DNA of 64,000 nucleotides from Alkalispirochaeta sp. (GTDB lineage: Bacteria > Spirochaetota > Spirochaetia > DSM-27196 > Alkalispirochaetaceae). Below are positions 37,433 to 46,529 of the stretch, piece after piece. How positions within the stretch are numbered: the stretch's first letter is position 1; each line of letters opens with the position of its first letter. The stretch covers positions 3,008,001-3,072,000 of the forward strand of contig OZ271854.1 in assembly GCA_965601925.1 (NCBI GenBank). The letters are read 5' to 3'. Position numbers and translations under genes: made by a program. The notes below the pieces were generated by a model. That model saw only the letters and a program-made list of their open reading frames with translations, made no database searches and was not told the origin of the DNA.

Positions 37433-38308
37433 TCATACGCGTGTCAGCTGCCGGGTAAGCATGGCGCTGAGATTGGAAAAATGGGGTAGGAGCTCATACT
37501 CCAAAAGATCACCTACCAAAACCAAGTCTTGATCGTGCATGGCCGACTCCAGCTCGAGAAATAGACCGTTGAGTGCGGGAATGACGTCCGACAAAGTGCC
37601 GTCTCCGACCTTCGCGTCGTAGAGCGGCGGTCGAGTCTCGATCAACAGCGGTATGATTCTCAGCATTCGTGAGGCCAGCTCCGAGAATCGCGCCACCGCC
37701 GCCATAGCCGTGCGTTGTTGACCCGTTTGGAGCTGCGTCGGTACCTCTTCAAAGGCGGGTAGTACCGCATCCAGCGCCGAGATCGTCGCGCGCATCTCAT
37801 GCTCAGGGTCCAACAGCTCTCGCTGGCGCTGCTCCAAGAGCGGGGCCAGTTCTTCGGCTCGGCGCGCCGCGAGTTTCCTCGTGGTGGGATCCGAAAGATC
37901 GGCGCCTTCCCGCACCGGTTCGTCCAGGAGGCCTCCCAGATCGGGTGCAATGCGTTCGATTCCGCCGGTCACAAAGGGCAACTCCTCCATCACCGAGGCG
38001 ATCTGATCGGCATTTCCCTCCGTCATAACGCGTCGAAAGAGGTCTACGTACGTCATAATCGTCTCCAACTGCTCCACCTCCGACTGGTGGATGCTGTGGG
38101 CACGAACGGCGATGGTATCGACGGTGGCGATCTCCATGTCGCGCCACTCCAAATCCGTATCGGAAACTCGTTTCCCGTTTACCATCGTGTACTCGACGTG
38201 GTGGCCGCTACCGTTTAACCACTGTACTACGCCGTCGTAGATCTCTCCGGCGCGCGTCTCGTCCTCCAGCTCGAACGAGATCGGTACGTCGTTGATGAGA
38301 ATTTTCAC
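37433..38308 (-). CDS. Hypothetical helical protein downstream of fliD
   Basis: 291-aa ORF with consistent codon usage and C-terminal DLVLVGDLLEYELLP. Confidence 0.75.
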   Translation of the reverse strand: MKILINDVPISFELEDETRAGEIYDGVVQWLNGSGHHVEYTMVNGKRVSDTDLEWRDMEIATVDTIAVRAHSIHQSEVEQLETIMTYVDLFRRVMTEGNADQIASVMEELPFVTGGIERIAPDLGGLLDEPVREGADLSDPTTRKLAARRAEELAPLLEQRQRELLDPEHEMRATISALDAVLPAFEEVPTQLQTGQQRTAMAAVARFSELASRMLRIIPLLIETRPPLYDAKVGDGTLSDVIPALNGLFLELESAMHDQDLVLVGDLLEYELLPHFSNLSAMLTRQLTRV

Positions 38309-38345
38309 GTGTCCACCCCGCCTTTCTACGTGTTTACAGAGTCTG

Positions 38346-40313
38346 TCATTGATCCGACGGTCCGCCGAGGCGATCCAGGGCTTGAGAGTTTTCCTGAAGT
38401 TGCTGCATCAAGCCCTCCATCCGTCCGAAGTCGGTACGTAACTGTTGCTCGTAGTCCTCCAAGCGTTCGTTGTACTGAGCGATCCGATCCTCGGTTTGGT
38501 CGATTCTGGTGTTGAGGCTGTCGGTCCGACCGGCGACGATGCCGCCGGTTCTCACGTACGGCGCGACGAACTGTTCCAGCGCGACGGCCACGCCGGTGTC
38601 CATCACCAAATCGCCGTCCGTATCGCGGCCGAAGAGCCGACCCATCGCTTCGAAGTTACTCGCCAACGCGTCGTCGAGAACGCTCTCGTTAATCTCGAGA
38701 TAGCCGCGTAAACGGCTTGCATCGAATCCTCCCCCGGCGCCGGAGGCGTTGGTTGAGATACCGATTTGCGCCAACACCCTGACGGGGCTATCGTTACCGG
38801 TATCGTAAGGATTCATCATGATCGTCTGCATACGAGTACGAAGCTGGTTGAGACTACTGTCTCCTTGGAAGATTCCCAACCGCTCCTGCATCGTCTCCCG
38901 CTCCGAATCGTCGAAATACTCGATTTGATCGATGAGGTCCTGGTCGGTGCGCGTATAGATATTGATATCGCGGACAACCTGGTTATAAAAACCGATAAAC
39001 TCGATGATCGAATCTTTGGCAAATTCGCGATCCGGCTGAATATCGATCTCAACCGGGTCGTCCGAGGCGCGACGCAGATTGAGCGTTACACCGGGAATAA
39101 GGTCGTCGATCTCGTTGGAGCTGCGCTGAATCTCAATGCCGCTGTATAGAATCCGCGCATCCCGCGCCGTGTCGAGCGCGTTGCGCGGCGCGCTGTCTCC
39201 GCGTTGCGTCGGGTCCAGGATCTCGATGTTCCGAACTTCGATCGCGCGATCGCTGTTGCGATTGTAAAACGCGAAGCCGGTAGTACTGCTCACCAGATCG
39301 GCCGCGGCGATCTCCACCGTCTGAAAGGCGGCGCTTTCCGGGAGTGGGGGCAGGCTCTGATTGACTCCACCGCCGACGATACTCATGGCACGGTTGTCTT
39401 CTACGACCGGCTGCGGCGCGGGTATCTCGGGCTCGGGAATGTCGAAACCCAACCGATCGTCGGTGACCGTAACCTCACCGAATGTCACCGAACCCGGCGG
39501 GGGGAGAGTGGGGCCGGTCGGTAGAGCCTGTTCAGTCCACGGCTCACGAGCGACCTCTTCGGTCCGCGCTTCAAAACGGAGCACCATACCGGGGCGAATC
39601 GCAAAGGGCCGTTCCAAAGGTAGCTCCCGACGGCCTCCCGGCTCGAGACGCAACGGTTCGTTCTGTAGAAGGGCGACCGACTCCTCGGGACGCGCCGAGG
39701 CCAACATGCCGATCTCCTCCAGGAGAGCTACCGCGTCACCCCCAAACTCGAGGCGTGCCGCTTCTCCCTCCTGCTGACCTTCGATGACCAGTACGTGCGT
39801 ATTTGCCGTGTCGGGAACGACCGTCCCCCGCACGAGGTCCTCTACGCGACTGTTCATCTCCTCGGCGAACCGTCTGATATCGCCTCCGCCGAACCGGAAC
39901 GACCGGGTCTCGTCTCCTACGGTGAACTCGTAATACCCCGACGGAACGCGAAACTCTCGGTCGATTGAGGACGATGCGAAGCGGTCGCGGCCAGCCGTTT
40001 GTAAGACCGTGAGCTCCTCGATACCCTCTTCGGCTTGACGCGTTGCAACGGCGCCGAGGATCGACTCGTCGCTGGATGCGGCGATGCGCTCTCGGAAGGG
40101 ATTCTCGAAGCCGTACAACGTTCTGGACGTGTCTCTGAGGCGCGTGAGTGCCCGCCCCATCGATTGCCACGCCTCCCTTTGCTCCTCAAAGGTCTCGACC
40201 TGGGTCTCCATGCGGCGTACGGGAATGCGCTCCACCTCCATGAGGTCTTCGACCATTCGGGAGGTGTTGATCCCGTTGTTGTTTGAGATGCCTGGAATGG
40301 AAATGTCAGACAC
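38346..40313 (-). CDS. fliD: Flagellar filament cap protein
   Basis: MSDISIPGI, LMEVERIP, SNEIDDLIPGVTLNL, LAQIGIST, C-terminal coiled coil. Confidence 0.93.
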   Translation of the reverse strand: MSDISIPGISNNNGINTSRMVEDLMEVERIPVRRMETQVETFEEQREAWQSMGRALTRLRDTSRTLYGFENPFRERIAASSDESILGAVATRQAEEGIEELTVLQTAGRDRFASSSIDREFRVPSGYYEFTVGDETRSFRFGGGDIRRFAEEMNSRVEDLVRGTVVPDTANTHVLVIEGQQEGEAARLEFGGDAVALLEEIGMLASARPEESVALLQNEPLRLEPGGRRELPLERPFAIRPGMVLRFEARTEEVAREPWTEQALPTGPTLPPPGSVTFGEVTVTDDRLGFDIPEPEIPAPQPVVEDNRAMSIVGGGVNQSLPPLPESAAFQTVEIAAADLVSSTTGFAFYNRNSDRAIEVRNIEILDPTQRGDSAPRNALDTARDARILYSGIEIQRSSNEIDDLIPGVTLNLRRASDDPVEIDIQPDREFAKDSIIEFIGFYNQVVRDINIYTRTDQDLIDQIEYFDDSERETMQERLGIFQGDSSLNQLRTRMQTIMMNPYDTGNDSPVRVLAQIGISTNASGAGGGFDASRLRGYLEINESVLDDALASNFEAMGRLFGRDTDGDLVMDTGVAVALEQFVAPYVRTGGIVAGRTDSLNTRIDQTEDRIAQYNERLEDYEQQLRTDFGRMEGLMQQLQENSQALDRLGGPSDQ

Positions 40314-40349
40314 GTCCCCTCCCGTGCCCGCATTGAGTCGGCCCGCCCG

Positions 40350-40712
40350 TTAGGCGGACTCGTCGAGCAGCAGGCCGATCGCCTCTCGAATACGAAGGTG
40401 CACCCGCTGCAACTCGCTGGGCGGCAGTTCCTTGATCACCTTATCGGTATCGCGGTCGATGACCTTGACGATCATTTGCCCGAGTTCCTCGTTGTAGTTG
40501 AAGCTCAAGCGCTTGTTGAACGCCTGAGAGACGCGGCGGAGTTCTTCGGTGTACTGACGAACCTGCTCGCGGGTGAGCTCTAAGTGCTGCTGTCGAGCCT
40601 GTTCACGTAACGCAGCCGCCTCTCGCATCTGGTTCGAGGAATCCGAACCGAGCACATCGGCGTGAACGACGGGCTGAGAGCCCTGCAAGACTTGGGTAAT
40701 CTCCATAGCCAT
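40350..40712 (-). CDS. flaG: Flagellar protein FlaG
   Basis: LSFNYNEELGQMIVKVIDRDTDKVIKELPP..GLLLDESA. GGAGG SD. Confidence 0.92.
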   Translation of the reverse strand: MAMEITQVLQGSQPVVHADVLGSDSSNQMREAAALREQARQQHLELTREQVRQYTEELRRVSQAFNKRLSFNYNEELGQMIVKVIDRDTDKVIKELPPSELQRVHLRIREAIGLLLDESA

Positions 40713-40820
40713 ATGGTACCTCCATGTACACACAGCCAGTCAGGAGGGGAGAGCGCGCGCCCCCTCCTGTGGCTGAGTGGAAGATGACGTCCAGAAATCT
40801 TCCACCATGATTGAACGGCT

Positions 40821-41675
40821 TTACCCGAGCAGCTGCAATACGGACTGCGTTTGCGTATTGGCCTGAGCCAACATCGCCGTATTCGACTGCAACAAAATCT
40901 GATTGCGAGTGTAGTCCACAACCTCTGCTGCCATGTTTGCATCACGGATAATCGACTCGGAGGCAGCCAAATTCTCCGATGCAATGGCGACGCCTTGCTG
41001 CGCAGTCTCAAAACGGTTCTGATACGCACCCAAGTCCGCGCGTTGCCGCGAGACTCGTCTGAGCGCCGAATCGATAACGCCGATCGCCGTGTTGGCCGAT
41101 TCGGGGGTCGAAATACTAACGATTCCTTCCACTCCTTGAGCGTTCTCGATACCAAGCGCCTGGGCGGTCATCGTTCCAATGAACATCTGCTCGTTCTGAT
41201 CCATGTTCGCTCCGACCTGGAACTGCATGATCTGTCCGACCGCACTGTCCTGAGCGAAAGCTCCGGTCAGGATGTTCATTCCGTTAAACTGTGCATGGGA
41301 GGCGATACGATTGATCTCGTCGACGAGCTGCGAAACCTCGACCTGGATCTGCATACGATCCTCGGCGGTGTAGATTCCGTTTGCCGATTGAACGGCAAGC
41401 TCTCGTAGGCGCTGCAAAATATCCTGCGACGTCTGGAGATATCCTTCGGTGGTCTGAATGAACGACACCGCATTCTGGATATTCCGCTCCGCCTGATTGA
41501 GACCGCGTACCTGACTGCGAAGCTTTTCGCTTACCGCAAGCCCGCTCGCATCGTCTCCGGCGCGGTTGATGCGTTGACCGGAACTGAGCGACTCGATGTT
41601 CTGCGTTACCGCCGAATTACGAGTACCCAAGGTCCGATTGGCAAACGCCGCGCTCGCATTGTGATTGATGATCAT
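40821..41675 (-). CDS. flaB: Flagellin FlaB (filament core)
   Basis: [49 protein letters not shown]. 284 aa. Confidence 0.97.
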   Translation of the reverse strand: MIINHNASAAFANRTLGTRNSAVTQNIESLSSGQRINRAGDDASGLAVSEKLRSQVRGLNQAERNIQNAVSFIQTTEGYLQTSQDILQRLRELAVQSANGIYTAEDRMQIQVEVSQLVDEINRIASHAQFNGMNILTGAFAQDSAVGQIMQFQVGANMDQNEQMFIGTMTAQALGIENAQGVEGIVSISTPESANTAIGVIDSALRRVSRQRADLGAYQNRFETAQQGVAIASENLAASESIIRDANMAAEVVDYTRNQILLQSNTAMLAQANTQTQSVLQLLG

Positions 41676-41895
41676 GTGATCCTCCTTGATACGTGTTAAC
41701 CGGCAATCATTGCCGGAACCCTCACGACGAAGGGGGTCGAAGGAGTCCTTGCGCGCTTCCTCCGAACCGTTCTCCCCGCACATGAAGGGATACGCCCGAC
41801 TCATCCGTGAGCCGGGCTATCCCTGCTTGCTCGTCGTCAAGCTGGATCACACACTGTCAAAGATCATTCACTCGGTTAGAGTAAAAGGTACTACG

Positions 41896-42750
41896 CTACC
41901 CCAACAATTGCAACACGGACTGAGTCTGCGTGTTCGCCTGGGCAAGCATCGCGGTGCTGGACTGTATCAGGATCTGACTTCGCGTATAATCCACCACCTC
42001 CGCGGCCATATCGGCATCGCGAATCCGCGACTCGGCGGCCTGGAGATTCTCTGCGGCGATGTCGATGCCCTGAGTCGCCATCTCAAGACGGTTCTGATAC
42101 GCTCCCAAGTCGGCGCGTTGCTTGTTGATCCGACGCAATGCGGCGTCGACGGTACCGATCGACGAGTTGGCCGAATCGGGGGTCGACAAGGATAGGATGT
42201 CCTGCTGCGTCCTGACTCCCAGCGCCTCGGCGGTCATCGTGCCGATATATACGCGCTCACGTTGATCCATGTTGGCTCCAATGTGGAAGTACATCGATGC
42301 GGTAACGACGTTGTTCCCCTCTTCGCGGGCAAATCGACCGGTGATGAGGTTCATACCGTTGAACTGGGCGTGCGATGCGATACGATCGAGCTCGTCCACG
42401 AGTTGCGAAACCTCTACCTGAATCTGCATCCGATCCTCTGCGGTGTAGATTCCGTTGGCCGATTGCACGGCGAGCTCGCGCATGCGCTGTAGGATATCCT
42501 GACTCTGTTGCAGGAACCCTTCGGTCGTCTGGATGAAGGAGACGCCGTTCCCGGCGTTACGCGACGCCTGGTTTAGGCCGCGGATCTGTGATCGCATCTT
42601 TTCGCTGACCGCAAGACCGCTCGCGTCGTCACCCGCGCGGTTGATGCGCAGACCGGAGCTGAGCTTCTCGATGCCGCCCATCGCCTCTTGGTTGTTGAGA
42701 CCCTGCTGTCGCCGGGCGAACATGGCGCTCATGTTGTGATTGATAATCAT
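41896..42750 (-). CDS. flaB: Flagellin FlaB (filament core)
   Basis: [49 protein letters not shown]. 284 aa. Confidence 0.97.
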   Translation of the reverse strand: MIINHNMSAMFARRQQGLNNQEAMGGIEKLSSGLRINRAGDDASGLAVSEKMRSQIRGLNQASRNAGNGVSFIQTTEGFLQQSQDILQRMRELAVQSANGIYTAEDRMQIQVEVSQLVDELDRIASHAQFNGMNLITGRFAREEGNNVVTASMYFHIGANMDQRERVYIGTMTAEALGVRTQQDILSLSTPDSANSSIGTVDAALRRINKQRADLGAYQNRLEMATQGIDIAAENLQAAESRIRDADMAAEVVDYTRSQILIQSSTAMLAQANTQTQSVLQLLG

Positions 42751-42754
42751 CTCT

Positions 42755-42793
42755 CGTCCTCCTTGGACGTGTTCCGCGGGCGTCCTTGCCCGC
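42755..42793 (-). promoter_or_regulatory. Two CsrA-type GGA hairpins in the flaB leader, one containing the SD
   Basis: Minus strand GCGGGC-AAGGAC-GCCCGC and CGTCC-AAGGA-GGACG. Confidence 0.7.
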
Positions 42794-42846
42794 AGACGGT
42801 CCCGGTAGCGGCTGCGCATCGAATCCACGTACGCTGCAATCGGTGC

Positions 42847-42873
42847 TCAAGTCCGATGCCGGGATGCCGATAA
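42847..42873 (+). promoter_or_regulatory. sigma28-like promoter pointing antisense to the flaB leader
   Basis: TCAA-N15-GCCGATAA on the plus strand. Confidence 0.5.
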
Positions 42874-42937
42874 TCAGATTAGGGAGGTTCCAGTCGCAAC
42901 GCCGGCCGAACGTCGGAAAAGACTCTCCCTATACTGT

Positions 42938-42965
42938 TTGTCGGCATACGGGCCTGTAATCTTGA
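42938..42965 (-). promoter_or_regulatory. sigma28 promoter of the flaB-flaB-flaG-fliD operon
   Basis: Minus strand TCAAG-N15-GCCGACAA. Confidence 0.7.
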
Positions 42966-43258
42966 GAGGAAATCCGAAAAAACATCGGTGTTCCGTCCCG
43001 CCGATCCGGCAATGGAAAGAGGCGGGAAGCCTTTTAGGTGATCGCCCGAAGGTGTGGAGCATCGGATGACGACCGCCCTGTCGGTATGGTCCGTGAGAGA
43101 CGCGGCGAACCGATCGGCGGGACGCGCAGCGCGCCTTTTTTCTCTACGGTATCCGCTCGCACGAACACGTCCCGAGAGCTCGTGGTGCAAAGACGGCACC
43201 TCAACCGGCGGCTGAGTCGCGAGTAACCGGTGCGCGGCCTGGTATTTGTCGAGAGCGA

Positions 43259-44380
43259 TTACGGGGAGGAGTCGAGGAGTTCCAGGTACTGTTGCGCGAC
43301 CGGATCGTCGGGCTCGATCGCCAGCACGGTTTGGAAAAAGCGGCGCGCCTCCTCGGGATCGTCCCGTTTGAGGGCGAGTACGCCGAAGTTCGACATGATT
43401 TTTGTATTGTCCGGCTCGAGACGGAGCGCCCGGTCGAGGGACCGACGGCTCTCGTCGTACTCGCCGAGCTCGAGGAGGCATATGGCGAGCTCGTTGTGAG
43501 TATCGGCGTTGTTCGCACCCAGTGAGATTGCCTTGCGAAAGGCGTCGACCGCCTCGCGGTACCGACCGAGTCGGCGTCGGCCCCATCCGAGCAGAAACCA
43601 AGCGTTCCACGCATCGGGATAGCGGTCTATGAACGCCTGGATGCGCTCGATACCCTTCTCCTCGTCGCCGATCTTGATGAAATCGAACGCCTCTTTGAAT
43701 AGGCGATCCAATAGATTTTGCGACTCGATCTCCCTCAGGATGCGTGCTGCTTCCTCGATTTTCTCCTCGTCCTCACTCTCTTGCGTAAACTGCTTGAGTT
43801 GATCGTAGGCCGATTCGTAGTTTCGAATCTTGAGGAAGAAGAGACCGGCGTTGAGTCTCACATCCGGCGAGAGCGTATCCCGCTGCAGAAGGTCGCGAAA
43901 GATACGATAGGCGCGATCAAAAAACCCTTGGGCGTCCTCTTCACGACCGATGCGCTCCAGCGACTCGGCACGTTGTTGATAGACGATAGCCAGATTGACC
44001 GGACCCTCGACGCGCTCGGGTGTCAGAGCGGTCAGGGCGCGGAACATCACCTCGGCTTTGTCGAAGTCCTCGTTCCGCGCGGCGATAATGCCGGTCTGAG
44101 AGAGCTCAGCGACAATCTCCGGGCGGACGTGATTCACGAACCGGCGATAGTAGTCGGCGTCCTCGTGATCCGGCCGATAGGCGAGCACCTGAAGCATGCC
44201 CGATACGATCATCTCCCAGCTTAGTTCGGTTACGTTCCAATCGGCCGGGTCGCCGCCGGTATGGACGGGAAGCGGGACGTCGGGATCGACGATAAAGTCG
44301 CCGATAGTGTGCGAGAAGTCGTCGGGAACCGAGATGAAAAGAATCTCATTGAGGGGATCGTATTCGTTGTTGTTGTCCAT
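43259..44380 (-). CDS. Tetratricopeptide repeat protein
   Basis: Repeated TPR motifs (AWFLLGWGRRRLGRYREAVDAFRKAI, NELAICLLELGEY, ALRLEPDN). Confidence 0.88.
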   Translation of the reverse strand: MDNNNEYDPLNEILFISVPDDFSHTIGDFIVDPDVPLPVHTGGDPADWNVTELSWEMIVSGMLQVLAYRPDHEDADYYRRFVNHVRPEIVAELSQTGIIAARNEDFDKAEVMFRALTALTPERVEGPVNLAIVYQQRAESLERIGREEDAQGFFDRAYRIFRDLLQRDTLSPDVRLNAGLFFLKIRNYESAYDQLKQFTQESEDEEKIEEAARILREIESQNLLDRLFKEAFDFIKIGDEEKGIERIQAFIDRYPDAWNAWFLLGWGRRRLGRYREAVDAFRKAISLGANNADTHNELAICLLELGEYDESRRSLDRALRLEPDNTKIMSNFGVLALKRDDPEEARRFFQTVLAIEPDDPVAQQYLELLDSSP

Positions 44381-44395
44381 AGATATCGGTTCTCG

Positions 44396-45241
44396 TTAGT
44401 CCGAACCGTTGGAGCCTTCGGCTGCTCGCTTGGCTGCGGACCGCTTGATCGGTCGCAAGTACTCGCTCAAGCGCATTTTATAGGACATCGGTACGGCGGC
44501 TTCGTCGTACTGAAGGGCGAAGGCCGCAATATCCGACCGGCCTTCCACCGGCTCGAAGCGCACGATCTGGCCCGTGATCGTCACAACCTCGCGCGGATCG
44601 TCGAAGATAAACCGAATGGTCGCCGCCTTATTGACCAGAAACTGCGGAACGCCCGACATGATGACTTTGGCACCGCCGAAGGAGATGTCGCGAATCAGCA
44701 CCTTGCGGGGCACGTTGTCCACCTCGACCTGCGCCCCCTTTGAAGCGAGGCGAATTTTTTTTATCGTATCGGGCGAGATGATGATCCGCTCCTCGCGTCG
44801 GCGCTGCGAGGCGACGTTAGCCTCCAAAATATAGCCGAGCCGTTCGATGAGGTCGTCCGGCGGGCGCTGGGTATAGACCAGGTTAAGAAAGCTGAACCCC
44901 CGTTGCGGATCACCGTACGGAGAGATGCCGCTGATCTTCGCCGATACGAAAAAGGCGAGGGGATCGTTCTTGTCGCGCAGAATAAAACTGAAACGCAAGG
45001 ATACGAGGTTTTTCGATTTCTGGATGGAGTCCTTGAGCGCTCCCTGCATGGTAGTAATTACCTTGGCGCCCTTCATCGAGCTGGAGTAGATGATACACGG
45101 CCATTGATAACCGAGGCACTTTATGAATACCTGACGGGTATTCAGCAACAGCGCCTTTATCACTTCCTTCGTAAAAGTGACTTCGGTGTTCTGAAACTGG
45201 TCGTAGTACCGAGAAATCTGTTGGCTGGTTGTGACGGCCAT
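44396..45241 (-). CDS. PilZ-domain c-di-GMP receptor (spirochaete PlzA-like)
   Basis: RxxxR (QRRREER) and DxSxxG (DISFGG) motifs after an N-terminal PilZN-like domain. Confidence 0.8.
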   Translation of the reverse strand: MAVTTSQQISRYYDQFQNTEVTFTKEVIKALLLNTRQVFIKCLGYQWPCIIYSSSMKGAKVITTMQGALKDSIQKSKNLVSLRFSFILRDKNDPLAFFVSAKISGISPYGDPQRGFSFLNLVYTQRPPDDLIERLGYILEANVASQRRREERIIISPDTIKKIRLASKGAQVEVDNVPRKVLIRDISFGGAKVIMSGVPQFLVNKAATIRFIFDDPREVVTITGQIVRFEPVEGRSDIAAFALQYDEAAVPMSYKMRLSEYLRPIKRSAAKRAAEGSNGSD

Positions 45242-45277
45242 GGGCAGGATTAGATTATGCTATCGGTCGTTTCGTTG

Positions 45278-45583
45278 TCAATCTTCTGAATCGGGAAGTG
45301 TCGAGTCGATCCGTTCGATAAGGCGCGTCGTGATGCGCTCGATCTCCGCCGCGTCTTCCGGTGCGAGGGAGGCGGGCGAACGGCCCTGCTCACGCTCGCG
45401 AAAGAGCTCGTCTGTTACCAACAACGCGGCGAGAATCGCCTTTTTCAGCGGATCCCCGGTAGCCACCGTCGCCTCGATCTCATCGACGCGTTCGATGTAA
45501 TGGGCGAGGATCCGTTTTATGTATTCGGGGCTCTCGTCGGATTGTATTTGAAAAGAGGCTCCGAGGAGCTCGATCCTCATCAT
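45278..45583 (-). CDS. zapA: Cell division protein ZapA
   Basis: IELLGASFQIQSDESPEY...AILAALLVTDELF. Confidence 0.85.
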   Translation of the reverse strand: MMRIELLGASFQIQSDESPEYIKRILAHYIERVDEIEATVATGDPLKKAILAALLVTDELFREREQGRSPASLAPEDAAEIERITTRLIERIDSTLPDSED

Positions 45584-45587
45584 CTCG

Positions 45588-46109
45588 TTAGAAGATGTCG
45601 AGTTCCGGCCCCGGCTCCTCGTCTCCCTCGGTCTCTTCCGTCGACGGATCGTTCGCCGTTACGGCCGCTACCTGCTCGCCTGTCATCTGCGTCATCGGCG
45701 CCTCATCCGCCGAGGGGAGGGCGTCTTTCTCCACTATGTCCGAAGAGGCCGTCGCCTCTTCGCGTTGGACGGGGGCCGGTTCGTTCACCTCGTCGGCGAT
45801 CTCTGTGGGTGGCTCCTCGGTGTCGTCGTCCTGCCGGCCGGCGACTTCCGGCACCGTGCGGCTCTCTCCGTCTTCGGTCACCGCATCCTCAACCTCGTCG
45901 AGTTGGTGCAGCGCGTTGAGAATGCCGCGCTCGATCTCCTCTTGATTGGTGGAGAAGCTCTCGATGCGGCGTTCAAGCTCCGCAATCCGGTCCCGGTCGA
46001 CGCCGGTTTGCTCGCGGAGCTCGCGGTTCTCGGCCTGCAGCTCACCGATACGCGCGATCACCTTCTGGACGCGCTGTTCCAGGAGTCTGACTTGCTCGAT
46101 ATCTACCAT
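45588..46109 (-). CDS. zapB: ZapB-like coiled-coil protein with acidic tail
   Basis: N-terminal heptads (LLEQRVQKVIARIGELQAENREL). Directly upstream of zapA. Confidence 0.65.
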   Translation of the reverse strand: MVDIEQVRLLEQRVQKVIARIGELQAENRELREQTGVDRDRIAELERRIESFSTNQEEIERGILNALHQLDEVEDAVTEDGESRTVPEVAGRQDDDTEEPPTEIADEVNEPAPVQREEATASSDIVEKDALPSADEAPMTQMTGEQVAAVTANDPSTEETEGDEEPGPELDIF

Positions 46110-46135
46110 GTTCGCTGTTGAAAGGAGTGCGACGC

Positions 46136-46495
46136 TCAGCCGTCAAGCTGGGCGCGTGCGGTCTCGATCAGCTTGCGAAATGCGTCTTGATCTTCGATCG
46201 CCAAGTTGGATAGCGCTTTTCGATTGATCTGCACGCTCGCCTTTCCGAGTCCCTCGATGAAACGGGAGTAGGTGATACCTTCATTGCGGCACGCCGCATT
46301 AATACGGGCGATCCACAGTCTTCGGAAATCGCGCTTGCGCACCTTCCTGTCGCGATAGGCGTACTCGCCGGCCTTGGCAAGGGCGTCTTTCGCGGAACGA
46401 AACGTATTCTTGCGTCTTCCCCAATATCCCTTGGTTTGGGATGTGATCTTGCGGCGTCGATCTTTGCGCCGCGTACCGTCTATTGCTCTCGGCAT
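46136..46495 (-). CDS. rplT: 50S ribosomal protein L20
   Basis: KGYWG, YAYRDRKVRKRDFRRLWIARINAA, INRKALS. Confidence 0.98.
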   Translation of the reverse strand: MPRAIDGTRRKDRRRKITSQTKGYWGRRKNTFRSAKDALAKAGEYAYRDRKVRKRDFRRLWIARINAACRNEGITYSRFIEGLGKASVQINRKALSNLAIEDQDAFRKLIETARAQLDG

Positions 46496-46529
46496 GCTGA
46501 TTACCTCGTTCTACTGTTGAGTGAATTGA

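Noticed and set aside
40821..42750. Repeat or mobile element suggested by similar DNA blocks
   Set aside because: Explained by two paralogous flaB genes.
42960..43258. RNase P RNA, SRP RNA or c-di-GMP riboswitch in the gap upstream of flaB
   Set aside because: GAGGAAATCC only partly resembles the rnpB motif GAGGAAAGTCC, and the other conserved elements are missing. The GGA count is not clearly above expectation, so a CsrB call is not supported.
42879..43610. 243-aa minus-strand ORF and 62-aa plus-strand ORF (43038-43226) near the flaB promoter
   Set aside because: Arg/Pro-rich non-protein-like composition, overlap with the TPR gene in another frame, no SD.
45242..45277. 6S RNA, often found downstream of zapA
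   Set aside because: The gap is only 36 nt and is filled by a promoter.
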